Shown: positions 23,901 to 36,674, counted from the first letter of the stretch. The stretch: 64,000 bases of DNA from Vitrella brassicaformis CCMP3155 (GCA_001179505.1 CDMY01000275.1:494295-558294); one strand, 5' to 3'. The notes: a model not told the origin generated them from the sequence alone. Program-made: numbers and translations.

Positions 23901-24909
23901 GTCGTGGGCCCTCCATCTGGCGACCGCTGTACTCCTGCAGACTTCGATACATGGGACAAGACATTTGAAGACGGTGTACCTAATCCCCTTTTCCTTCCAA
24001 AGCCGGAGAAGGAAAATGGGAGGAATTGTCAGCCGATCCTGTCCAATCAGGGGGTGGAGACCATGGATCGCATTTTCAACTCCTTCAACGGTGCATACCA
24101 CGGCCATCCTAACCCTGCTCGAGCCCGCAATACCAACGACACGAGACAATGGTGGGATATGTATGCATCGCCGTCATCACAGCAAACAAACAGTGCTTAC
24201 TGTGATCCCTGCGTATGGCAAGGTACCACTTCAAGGGCTCACAAGGAATGGCAAAATTGAACTTCACTGCTGGACGACCGCTTCCATCTCCCACCACGGG
24301 AATATCTGAGTTTCGCGGCAGCTGCTTCAACAAACAGCTTCAGGGGAGCCTGTTGGTGTCAAGGTGGCAGAAGGAGATCTTTCTTGTCCCAGATGAGGAA
24401 AACATAGAGGCCCGTACAGAGTAAGATGGCTTTACATTTTCTTCTCTGTTTAAGTATCTTGTTTCAGGTCTTTGGGACTTTTTCGGGACCACCTGGACAT
24501 ACAGTATGGGCCGGCATGCTCTATCGTTCTCATGGGATACGAGAGCGGCTCCCTAAGCGTTTTGATACCCGAGGAAAGCTCGCTGGATGCCTTTGAGAAG
24601 GAGGCGACTTCTCCTCGAGTGTTTGATGTTCTTCCATGGAGAGGCCCGATGTCGTCGGAACTTCCGATTACGCTCGGAGGACGCAGATTTACGAAGGGCA
24701 AAAAGGAAAGACGGCCTGAAACGGTACTGTTCGGAGGCATTGAGGCTGCCATCCAAAGATATGACTCGACACGCATCGAGGTGGTAATTCCGGCAGAAGC
24801 GAAGCGAGCAGATGATCAAAGTCTTAAGAACCTTGTAGACGTTGTTGTCCACTTCTCAGACGGTACATCAGACACTCTTGCAAACGCGTTTTTGTTTTTG
24901 AAGAGTTAG
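20935..24909 (+). CDS. Secreted multidomain protein: PKD-like, PA14-like, IPT/TIG, glucose/sorbosone dehydrogenase-like beta-propeller, IPT/TIG (paralogue 1)
   Basis: Signal peptide MVLNVNVILGVLIGATSSLA; VDYDGDGEEEIAIDGSGSHTHE (PKD-like start); PFINKVSPDKVDSDGGTLITIDGVGF (IPT/TIG); NLPISNTQHTVNGLHFDNEGNLYANVGSTTN, GLRNAYD, YHGHPNPAR (propeller); VLPWRGP...ITLGGRRF (second TIG). About 11 GT-AG introns; no frameshift seen. Confidence 0.8.
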
Positions 24910-25269
24910 GCAGATGCTTTTCCGCTTGAAGAGAGACGGTGGAGGAGGGTGGAAAAACAAAGAGAAGGAAAATGAGCTAGCTACAAGCCAGATCACAATA
25001 CATGCAGAAACAATGAACAACGCTCATTGTCTGTACACAGACACAGGTCGCACACTGCAAACTAGGAGAGAATTCGAGTCGGAAAAGAGTTTTAAAAATG
25101 GGATGGCGTCAAGCTGGCGTGGCGCACGCTTAGACAAGTCAATGTGACGCAAGGTGTAGCGCAAAGCAAGCGTGCAGCACGGAACAGTCAGGTTGCACAC
25201 CAGCTGGGTGCTCTCCCTTGGGGAGATGCCATCTCACGCGCGTATAGAGGTCGCAAAAAGACAAGGCAG

Positions 25270-25600
25270 CACAGTACAGAACAGAGGCCTACAGCCAGAC
25301 ATGCACCAAAAAGAGAAGGTCGAACAAGGACATCAGTAGGGGCATAGAGACACACAACGGAACGAACACAGCGGGACGAATACGCAACGCTGACACACGT
25401 GGGACGAACTAAGAAAGTGGTGGAGACGTAAATGAGGTACAGGAGATATGCAGCCGGCCGCCACACACCTCTGGGGGTGTGACGGTCGGCTGCACATCTC
25501 CTGTACATCCTTGGCGCCCCCACCACCTTCTTGGTTCGTCCCACCTGTATGACTTTCTCTTTTTGGTGCATGTCGGCTGTAGATCTCTTTTCTATCTTCT
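25270..25600. repeat. About 300-bp imperfect foldback hairpin (MITE-like)
   Basis: ctacagccagacatgcaccaaaaagagaagg (25288-25320) pairs with 25551-25582. Inner stem gtgggacgaactaagaaagtggtgg...gtacaggagatatgcagccggccg pairs with cggtcggctgcacatctcctgtac...ccaccaccttcttggttcgtcccac; loop near 25468-25472. Confidence 0.8.
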
Positions 25601-25999
25601 ACATGGCATTGCTCCGCGCCAGTGGCCGCTGAGTGCTCCCTGATGGCCGCTGAGTGCTCCCTGATGCTTGATGCGCGTCCCCGAGTGATTCCACACTCTT
25701 CAGCGGTTTCTCCACCACACTGTACAGTCCAGGCGACAAGAGACAGGAGACAGGAAGCACAGTAAGATACATCCTGAGACGGAAGACAAATATGCTCTCT
25801 CTCTATATCTCTGTTTGTGTGCGGATGGCATACACCAGACCGAAGAAAGAGAGCCGTTGGCGGATTTTTGCACTATTTCAACCCGTTTTTAAACAAAGTA
25901 GGTATGTATCTCCCCTTCAGCATAGTATAGTACGAGTATGAGTACAGTATAGTATAGGCATTATGCGTACAAGGCACAACACCTCGTTTCTCATTTAGT

Positions 26000-28900
26000 A
26001 TGAGGTGTGTCGTGCCGCAGCTCCTCTTCATCGTATGGGTGTGTACCGCCCAGGAGCCAGGTCAGTGAGACAGAAGCAAGGAACAGCGGGCCTGGTCGAA
26101 AGCCTTGTTTTGCTCCTTCGTAGGATGCCTCCTCGAGGAGAACGTAGATTACGCAGCGGGTGCAGACATCGAGGCGGCTAGTAGTGGATTCCCTTCTCAT
26201 CTGCGCTGTGCCGACTGGTGCGCAGTCACGGAACGCTGCGAATACTGGGTTCACGTGGGTTTCGGAGACGACGGGATGTGCTTTCTCAAGACTGCCCGAG
26301 AGCCAGTGATGCCCAGGGCAGCAAACCCTGACGAAGGCTTACAGGTGACGGCTGGCAACAAAGCATGCGGAGATCCTTCCAGCATGGTCGCGAAAGGTTC
26401 GTATGCTTGCACAAGATTGGGGGGCTGCCTTGTGATTGGTCGCTCGTAACCACTGCAAATGCTTTTTGTTTGATTCTCTGCAGGTTGTATTTTGGAGGAA
26501 AACGTTGACCGTGCCACAGATTCGGATACGGACCTTAGGGCGGCAATTAGTGGCTTTCCTGAATATCTCAGTTGCGCCGACTGGTGCGCTGGCACAGAGG
26601 GCTGCGAATACTGGGTTCACTTGGGTACTGGAGACGATGGTTCGTGCTGGCTCAAGACAGCCAGAGACCCTGCTGTTCATCCTGCGCCGGATGAGGACGG
26701 CAGGAAGTTCACGGCTGGCAGCAAAGCATGCGGAGACCCGGAAAATATGTTGAGAATAAATGGTCAAGGTATGCCTAACAGGTCAGAGAAAGCGTGTGAT
26801 TGGTATGTCTTAATCGCTACAGATGACAGCTCCGGCTCGGATGAAAGTGCTGGGTGTTTCTCTTCGAAGACAGCATCCAATGCGCCAGTAGTTTACCATC
26901 GGCAGTGGGTGATAGGCAACGACGTACATCTGTATTGGATCTTCGCTTTTGTTTTTAGTTGTGACGCGGTTCAAAAGGGATATCAAACTGCAAATTGGTG
27001 CCAGGTCCAGTGTATGGGCAATCCCGACTGCAACGCTTTTGTCTACCAGCTAAAGAAGGGGCACTACAAACATACCGGTAGGTTCACGCCGCATACGGGA
27101 CAGCCACCTGAAAACGTACCTCGTCCCCTGTGCAGACCCTAACAGCGTGAACCAGGTCGACTGCTTCCTTCTTGCCGACAAGGGCGACACATTCACTCCG
27201 GGGAAGAAGGAAAGGAACAAGGACCTGGAGTTCACATTCGGCCCCAAATACTGTCCGGGAGAGGGTAAGCATCTAGGGCCTGACAATCGCCAATTAGACC
27301 GTGGATGGAAAACTATTTCTGGGTCGTCTCGTCCATCAGAGCCCCCTTGGGACAAGCCTATTGAAGAGTGGCCTCTGCGGATCAATGCCGGCGGCCCGCC
27401 CCACGAAGATGTGTACGACAAGGAAGTGGCGACAGGACAAATACTTCACGGAGCAAGCCGGCCCTACGGGTCTCTATTATGAAAAGAAATTCGTAAGCCG
27501 TCACATAAGCGCGCTTCAGAAACGAGCGCTTTGTACCGTTCGTTTCTGAATCAGACGAAGTCTCGTCCTATGGAGCCCCTCGCCCACACGGGTCGTGAGG
27601 ATTTTGTCTACTCGATACCAGTGGAGTCCCCCGTCGCCGTCGTCGTCAATCTCTACTTCGCTGAGGTAAACAGACGTGTCCTCGCTAATCAAAGCATCGT
27701 TGGTGACAAGGATATGTACGATAGGTCATCCACAAAGGGAAACCGGGACAGCGTGTCCAAAACGTCTTCGTAGAGAACAACCAAGTGCTCAGTGATTTTG
27801 ACATCTTCGCCACAGCTGCGGCTCTCATCGCCCCCGAAGGCACCAAGGTATAAAAGACCGGATTGACCCAGAACACCTATCTGCAACCTTCAATTGTCTT
27901 TTCGCCTGCCATTCCTTCTGAAAGGAGGTCAGGTATATATCAAAGGACACGAGAACGCAGGATGTCGTTGGCAACTCCACCGTGACTGTCTACAACGGCC
28001 CAGACGAGCCCTTCGGCACCATCGTCAAAGTCGAGACGCCCATGGCGGTAATCGAGGACAACAGCATTGACATCAGAGGCGATGCGGTGAAGGGCAAGTC
28101 ATGGCTCACAGCCGTCGAGGTCTACGCCACAGAAGTGGTGCTGGATATCACCGTCACGGCTGATAGCCCCACACAGACGGAACCGTTCACCGCAATTGCA
28201 TTCGCACCGGGAACGCCCACACAGGTGTGTCAAATCGAAAGAGTCCCAGCACTCCACTCAACAACCCTCCTGCCTCTCTGGCTCACGGTGTGTTCTTGCC
28301 TGTCAGACGCTCACGATTGAGAACAGGGACAGCCGCGACGTGAAGCTTCCCATATCATTCGAGGGTGGCAGCGATGCCCAATTTACTTTTGTGCCCACGG
28401 AGGTCATACTCAAGGCGGGAGAGACTTCCACCGTCCACATCACGTGGACTGGAGCCGATACTGCGGATGGCCCTGTCGTCACCTCGCTCAAGCTATCCAA
28501 ACACGTAACAGAGAAGGGATATCCAGCGAGTGTGCCGACGTGTTCCTCTCTCTGTCGCAGCTTCGTGTGTTAATTTCAGCCGATGTAATCAGTAAGGAGG
28601 CCATGCTCGACGTGCAGAGCGGCATACAGATGGGTCTCATCACTCCTCTGAGCTATGGGGGCAGCGGCAAGGGCATCCAGGCGCCCCTGTCGTCAAAGAG
28701 AACAGTCACCATCACACGGGTAGTGGCGTTCGGCTCGGAGGATGCTATCCAGGTGTCCATTCCTGGCACATTTACCGTGGAGGGCCCAGCGGACATCACC
28801 TTTAAGGAGCCGCGGACATCACCTTTAAGGAGCCGCTAAAGGTCACGTCCAAGGCGGCCATCCCCATGCGTATCGGATTCGCTGCCGACAATGCTGGGGA

Positions 28901-31900
28901 CTTCGAGCTCATTGTGGCCTTCATGGGCCCTGACTTCGAGACCAGGTTCATGGCAGTGACGGGTCGCGGTGTCAACAAGGGGGAGCCCCACTATCTGCAT
29001 CCAGTGCTGGACCTGCCGCCTGGCGGCTACGTGGTGGACTACGATGGCGACGGGAAAGAGAGTCTCCTGCTCATGGGGCACTTCAGCCACACACACGAGC
29101 CAAAAATGGTTAGCCGTGAGAAAAGGATGCGCAGGTATGCACAAGTGAATTGATGGGTTTATCTGCCTGTGTCTCTAAACAAGAGTGTAGAGAAGTGGAC
29201 GTACAGCGTGAACGGTCAAGTTGTGTCCAGCGGTGTCGACAAGGACATTACTGAGGAATATGATACTGGTGTTTACACAGTCCAGCTCACCATTGAAGAC
29301 GGAGAGGCAAAAACACTCGCGGACACAGGGAGGTATGCAGCCACACGCAACGAATGCAACACCCATCCGTGCTTGCCTACTTCTGGCATGCCATTTTTTG
29401 TCTTTCTTCCCTCCTCTATCCTCCTTTCAGTGTGGCTGTTGTGCCCATCGACAAGATCCCCGGTTGTGCGGCTTTTCTTTATAAGCCCCCTTCGTCGCAG
29501 CTCAGCGGGTTCTTTGAGGCGCCCATGGACGGCTTCAATCTCAAGATTGGCGGCACGACACTTGAGCCGAAATGGATCGGCAGCAGTCTCGACAACGGAT
29601 GCGAATTCAAACCCGACGGTCGGACTAATAACATCATGGGGTCACCCTTCAAGCAGGATGTCATTCTCAGAGCTAAGGTCGGCGCCGGAGCTTCGCATGC
29701 CATGAGGGGAGTGAATGAGCTTGTATGTATGTCTTGTATCCGTTGGATGGTGAAGGGTACCCTAAAGGTGAATGACGGCATGAAGAATAACAAAGGGGAG
29801 GTTCCGATCACCGTCAACGCAGAGCCGGCCGTCCAGACGATGCTGTGGGTCGACGGCAAGCCTTTTGCACTCGGTAAGGGCAATGCCGAAGCCGAACTTG
29901 CCAACGGGGCCCATCAATTTGAGATCAGCTGGCTCATTAAGGACCCGGCTTCGAAGCCTCTGTCGGTAGGTGCTGTTGTGTAAGTAAGACAAGAGGAGGG
30001 GATGGGGAGTGAACACGCGCGAATCCGTACTTCGCTCAGTTGCATACGAATGGCGAGGCGGCGGCTATCGATGAGATCTCCCACAGCCAGCAGGAATACA
30101 CTCCGTTCATCAACCGCATCTCCCCCACTAAAGGGCACGTCTCCGGCGGCCAAAAGATAACTATCGAGGGTGCCGGCTTCATGAATCCCGATGCGGTCAA
30201 GAGGGGTGCCTCCCTTCTCTTTGGCAAAACACCTGTCGACTACCTCACGGACACTCGGGTCCTCAAAGCTTCTGGCACAGAGATCGTATACGAGATTCCG
30301 CCAGGGGTGAGCGTGCAAAGACTGGCTTAGACCTGTGCGTCGTCTTTACGTGTTCGTTGGATAACAGGAGGAGGGCGAGCTTTCTGTGTCCGTCAAGACC
30401 CCTCATGGTGTATCGAACAAGAAGCGTTTCGGGTATTCTAGTCGTGTGCCCCCCGCTCTTAAGTGGACCAATCAGACCATCTTACTTACCTTGGATAGTG
30501 AAGCACCCCTGAAACGCAAGCGGGGTCGCAAATTCAACGGTACACTTTCTAGAAGACATGCCGAAATTACATTGTATGCCTCTCTCTCTATCTGCGTGTG
30601 TTGTCAGGCTCGCTGACCCAGGGCGAGTGGGGCCCTGATTGTCGCCTATACATGAGTGATATCGGCGGCGGCATCCGGGCGCTTGAGCGGACCTCGAACG
30701 ACGACATCGACGAGGAAAACCTGATCGAAATCACCACCACCATGGTCCGTGAGTGGAAAAATGCCTTTGAACAGCTGTCAACCAACTGTGGCATGCTTCA
30801 GGAAAAATACCCTGGCCACGCCATCACTGGCTTCGGATGTCAGGCTAACCCAAGGGCTAACATATGAAACCATGTTGCGTTCTCCTGTCCCCTGCCTATC
30901 TCAGTTGACCCCTTTGGCGACCCTGACGATCCAGAGATCTACGTGGCACACGCTCCCATGTTCCAGTGGGTACGACACGAGAGAGGGACCCGGCCAGGTG
31001 CACACGTGGATTTTCCTCTTTCTAGCAGGGAGGAGACTGCTTCAGCCAAGAAAACGACACCGCCGAGTTCCTCGGTGTGTTGAGTAAACTGAAGGGTCAG
31101 TGTAGGCACACATGCAGACACGGATGCACAGATCACTGCTGGTGGCGATGGTGCACCAGGTCCCCCTGACTTCAAGCATCATGAAGTGGTGCTGGACGGC
31201 CTGCCCATGTCCAACCACGACCACGGCCTGAACGGCATATCATTCGACAACAGCGGCAACCTTTACTTTCCCATCGGTGCCATGACCAATATAGTACGGA
31301 CACGCGCTACACTCACATCGCTGGCCATGCCTTTCGGATTGTCATCCGTCATGTTCATCCGTGCTCCTCCAGGGCTGGCCCGCATGCATCCTTGGCGGTT
31401 TGCCAGAGAGCCACTACTCAGCTGCCATCATCAAGGTGGAGTTGAGGAATCCAAAGCGCTCCAAAACGCTGGAATGGGTCGACTACTTCACAAGAGAGCT
31501 CATCGGGAACCCCAACCAAGTCAGTGGAATCCGACAAATTCGCGTGGCAATCCAGTTCGTATTGTGACATTTTTGCAGTTGGTTGCAGATACGTACGATG
31601 TGGCCCCGTGGGTCACGGGCGTGTATCCCCACTCATTTGGGTTCCGTAACGCCTACGACACGGTCTATACGACAAAAGGGCAGCTGTGGGCATCTTCAAA
31701 TGGCTGGAACGAGGGCTACGGCCTGGCAATAAACGGACCACCGGAGTCGGGCTGTACGTTCGACGGCTGGGATAAGTCGAGCTTCGCGAGTCCGGACAGA
31801 GGCGAGGCTTTGGACGGGGCGACCGGGGCGGAAAGATTTCATGTCAATGGGGTGGCATTCACGTGTCATCAGGCATAAATCCGTTTTGGAAGGGGGAGAA

Positions 31901-32975
31901 GAAGTGCCGGCCAGTGTTGGAAGAAGACTGGACTGACCCCGATCGCATCTTCCAGACCTTTTCCAATGCCTACCACGGTCTTCCAAACGCCGCACGTGCC
32001 CGCAACATGAAGGACGACCGGCAGTGGTACGTCAAGGACGCCGACGCCCCACATGACCCACCGAGGTTCCACCAGGGGTATCCATGGGAGTCATCCACTA
32101 ACGGAATCGCCGAGTTCAGGGGTACAAAGCAGATCGGCACTGCATTATCCCCTGCATCCAATCCTTCCAGGCAATTGCTTTGCCGGAGCCATGCGTGGCG
32201 ACTTGCTGGGCGCCAAGTGGAGCGGCTGGATCTGGCGGGTTGACATTCCCTACCTGGACGAGGAGGAAGGAGACGACGTTACGATTTCAAAACTCGAGGG
32301 AGCTGAAGTTGGCGGACTGGAGGTACGCACGATGCAAAGGGAGACACACGGACACGATACGCATGGTTTGCAGGTGGTGTACGGCCCAGGGTGCAGTATC
32401 TTGACGTTGGATTACACGCACAACAATCTCAAGCACATCATGGCCGACGACGAGGACGCCAACTCTAACTCCGGACCTACGGCATTCGGTGAATGAAGAT
32501 GCCATTTAAATGGCTTGCTCCGACGCTCATGCATGTCCGTACGCTTGTCGCTCGGTCGCTTAGACATCACACCCTGGAGGGGCAACTACCGATTCGCACA
32601 AAAGATCGTCATCGGTAAGTGAGAATGCACGCACTGCCTTCATGTTACGGATGGCATCTGCGTATGCAGGTGGCTACAATTTGAACGGCCAAGGCGAGAC
32701 GAAGCCTCCGATGCACCGTAAGGCCAACAAATTGGTCATCGATGGGGTCGAGTGTAGCATCACCTCTCAAAGCGTAAGCACAATAGAGACTTACTCACGT
32801 CGTGACTTGGTGCCTGTCTGCGTAGGACACACGTATCGAGGGTGTGGTTCCCGCTGTGGAGAGCCCTGCTCACGTTGAGGAGCTCGTGGATGTGGTCTTG
32901 CACTTCAATGATGGCACAGAGTCGGTACTGCTGGACTCGTGGCTCTGGGCTGACCCAGGCGATGCAATCAACTAG
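26000..32975 (+). CDS. Large secreted protein: 3 Apple/PAN + malectin + Ig-like + PKD-like + IPT/TIG + sugar-dehydrogenase-like propeller + IPT/TIG (paralogue 2); two frameshifts
   Basis: Signal peptide MRCVVPQLLFIVWVCTA; Apple repeats CADWCAVTERCEYW...CFLKT...AGNKAC, CADWCAGTEGCEYW...CWLKT...AGSKAC, CQVQCMGNPDCNAF...CFLL...FGPKYC; malectin RINAGGP..WRQDKYF..VVVNLYFAE..VLSDFDIF; VVDYDGDGKESLLL; PFINRISPTKGHVSGGQKITIEGAGF; GLPMSNHDHGLNGISFDNSGNLYFPIG, GFRNAYDTVYTTKG. Frameshifts near 27420 and at the 23-bp duplication 28789-28836. Stop TAG 32973-32975. Confidence 0.8.
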
Positions 32976-34599
32976 ACATGCAAGCCAACAAGACATTTGA
33001 GAAGCACAAAAGGAGTCTCTTTTGGGCTCGTCCGCCTGGCGAGATGAGAGAGTACTTTTCCGATGGAGATGTGATGATTGAACAGCTTTGGGATTGGCGT
33101 TTTCGTGTTGTGATGTGCTGTCCACCACGAAACACCGCAATGTCATTCGGACCAGAGCCTTGGCGAAAGCCAAGGCTCTGATGAGCCAGCCATCAATCAA
33201 ACACCCGGAAAAAAGGGGAACCGGCTTTGTGTCCTTAACCACATTCGGTGACTCATTCATATGTCACATCACGAAAGCCGCCGATAAAAGAAGCCACAAG
33301 ACTACCCATAGCGGACCTTGAGCTGATCCTCTTCAGGTACCGCACAAGCGTGGGTGAGAAGGTCTGTGTGACTTCTTCTGGGTCTTGTGGCGTTCGCGTT
33401 CCGTCTTTGAGCTTGTCAGGCCTCCAAGAGGCAGAGACGGGCCGGCGTGAACTGTGCGCCACTTCGGCTCACGATATTCGGCGTGCGTGTCGAGCTGTCG
33501 TGTCGGAGCAGAGTCATTGGCGCCGTGCCCTGTCGTGTCCAATCACTGGCCACAGGCTACTCGACGACCGATTGACGCACGTCCGCCACCAGGTGACTGG
33601 TCAGCCCAAAAAATGACTTCGCTCCCATGTATTTGTTTGCGTCTGTCTCTCTTCTCAGTGCTCCTTTGGTTTCCGCTCTGTCATCGACGGCTTAAACTGA
33701 GAGCGGCGTTGATCTCTTAGGCACAGATCAAATGTGGCGCGCCAGGGCCAACCAGGGCCCCCCAACAAAAAGACACACGCACACACACAACACGCAAAAA
33801 GAACAAAAACTTGAGAACAGAGGTGATTAAAAACATCGCAAACTCAAGGGAGGAGCTGGACGGGGTGGGTGTATGGGATGTCCTTGTCGGTCTCGTTGCC
33901 GCTTTCCGTTCTCTTTGTCATCAGCTCCACATTAGAAAAACACTGTGGCAAAAGGTTCTGCAGCCTGGGTTCATTCGGCTCGGCCCTTTCGGGGCTCCCC
34001 CAACGACACCTGTTAGGCGGTAGGCTTCGCCCGAACGTGTTTGACCCCGAAAAACGGAAGGTGATACATCAAAGAAAATCGCGCATGTCTCTCGCCATTC
34101 ATTCATTCATTCATTCCTGCCTTCACGAACACGGACGCACATTGACCCGCAGCAAACCCACACAGCCGCTGATTAGAAAATATCGTCGTGTAGGGAGGGG
34201 CAGACAAGCGATGCGATGCGTGTGTGTGACGTGCCTGCCTGTGTCGTGTATGCTTAATGCGTAAGGTAGCGTAAGGGAAGGACGGACGGACAGAGCGATG
34301 TCTTGGCCGATTCACGGACTAGCTGTGTACGTCTTCTGCCGGACTCTGCAAATGCGATTATTGAGTCATGAGCTAGGCAGGCAAACAAGCAAAACAGACG
34401 GGCCACAGGTAACTTAGTATTCCGCATTTGGTGCGTTCGGGCCTTCCTCCTCCCCTCCTGGAGATATGTATAATAGCCTGGCGATATATATATATAAATA
34501 TACATCCCTGTTCTCCCCTCTCATTCATTCATCTAAGGCAGCCGTGTTTTCACCATACAGAGAGAGACGGCCACACGAAATGAACAAACCAACCCATTC

Positions 34600-34990
34600 C
34601 TCCAACACAGACTTCACGTATATGAGTGCCTTGGTGCACTGCGCCATGGCATCATACTCTGACTCACATGTACCCTATGCAGCAGTGGGCTGGACGCGCC
34701 ATCCATGAACACCACATGACCATCAGTCGACTTTGCTCCTGGCTGGTCAGTCAGTGACGCATCAGCATAGCCATCCAGATTGAAACAGCCATACGCATGT
34801 CATCCACATCCACTGTGTCCCATTCACCGCCAGAAAAAGTGATCCCTAGCTCCCGTGTCCCCTTGATGTGACGCAGCACATGATTACACGCATGTACATG
34901 AACAGGTGTTGGTGCAACCAACACACGAGCAGCACGGATCACGCAAAGGACAGATAAGGCAATGAACAGTTCGTAGTTGAGAATCTGGGT
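34600..34990 (-). mobile_element. Degenerate Ty1/Copia RT-RNase H remnant
   Basis: Fragments read APTPVHVHACNHVLRHIKGTRELGITF (RT end), GYADAS...KSTDGHVVFMDG and ESEYDAMAQCTKALIYVKSVLEE (RNase H motifs), with frameshifts. Confidence 0.7.
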
Positions 34991-35083
34991 GATGTGAGTA
35001 CCTTTTTGGCCGTGTCCCTCCGGTCCCTCTCTGAATACTTCTGAATATTTTAATGTGCGTAGTGATGCGTACTCACAGGGGAG

Positions 35084-36674
35084 CTAGCGAAGATAGCTGG
35101 CTTCCCGTATCGATCTGTAGTCGGCAGGACAGGCAGGGATGTCGGGTCGCTCATCATGGATAGCGGAGGCAAGAGTGCAGTGTTTTGTCCAAAACGTTAC
35201 ATGTATAACGGCTGCGGATTTGTCAACTCGCTTTTTCCAGACATACGAATGGCATTGAGGCTGCGCAATGTGGCAGATTACAAGCCCCTGTGCCATTGCC
35301 TCGAGGGCAAAAGGCTGTTGTGCAAGGACGATGGTGACAGGAAGGCCCCGAAGCCGAATGAGGCTCTCGTGGCCCTGCTGCTTATTCGACTGCGACAGCT
35401 GCTTGATCAGGTCGAAGAGAAAGCAATCGACCTGTCATCCACGTGTTGCGTGGAGCTGAGCATTGGGAAAGCTCTCAACCTCGAGGCTCAGGGACGGAAG
35501 GCGAGCCAGGAAGGCAAGTGGGTGTCGGGAGAGGTGCGTTTCAAGACCGCTGGTGCGCTTCAAGACGAGAACCGATCGTAAGACGTTCAATTTGGCGTAA
35601 ACCCGGCCCCTGCTTCGGTTTCTTGCGCTTTCAGGTGTGTCAACATGCCACTCGTGTGGCGGTACGTGCAGGCTGCGATTACGTGACTGTCGAGACACGC
35701 ATGTCCACCCATAGAATACCGTTGCTGCTTTCTTCGCATTTCTGGCTTCAGGCTGCTGTGTGGCGGCTCGTCGTTGGAGCAGGCCACAGCGCTGAGCACC
35801 GCCGCGGCACCTGGATTCACTGGAAACGAGGTGAACTGTCCAGCCTGCGCTGCCTTCTCAGTAGGGCTTGGCAACGGTGTCGATTCGCCGATGAGCCGCC
35901 GCCTCCCGAAATGGCTGGTCAATATGACGGATGAGCTGTCGAAAAGGACCTTCAGGTGACATACCATTTTGATTCAAAACCATTGAGCGTGCCGTCATAT
36001 GATCTGCCCTGGTCGTGGTTGTTAGGTTGGAGCTTTTCCTGCACCGCTTGAGACGCACCTCTGCACACGGTCTCATCGAAAGCAGCGGCGACTTACCGGT
36101 GTACCGCATCAACCACGTCAAGGTCAGGTTCTTACAATAGGAGCGGAGTATCTTACTTTACTTCTCTGCAGGCGATGGCTCGAAAAGCCCTCCACTTCGT
36201 AAGACTCGTGTCCGATGGCTACGGGAACGAGGAGCACAAATGTTTGGACTTTGGCATTCGACGCCACGTGTGAGCCACCCGAAAGTATAACCCCATTTCC
36301 GCACCTGTACATACTGGTAGTGTATAGAATACATGAAGAGTAGACCGGAAACCATGTGTGGAATCGGAATTGAATGAAGCCGCATGAACATATAATTCCC
36401 TATTGCCACCACCACCACCAAACCCCTGCCTGACACCTGGTGCGTGACCGACGAGGGCGTGACTGTTGACATCGTGAGCAAGCGCACACCAAACCGCACA
36501 CCAAAACTTCTAGTTTTGCAAATGCTTGTTTACCTATCCATGTATTTGTACACGCAGGAGAATTTCGATAGCTTCGAGCTTATAGAAAGAATTGGCACTC
36601 AAGTAATCGCCGTTGAAGACACGAATGACTTGGGCGTCACAACTGTCCAGGTCGGCACCAGCGGAATACAGTAA
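35084..36674 (+). pseudogene. Spliced, partly degenerate gene of an unidentified repeated family
   Basis: Protein-like ORFs 35156-35581, 35774-35959 and 36444-36674, with intron-like gaps and stops; second copy at 14480-14745. Confidence 0.4.
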
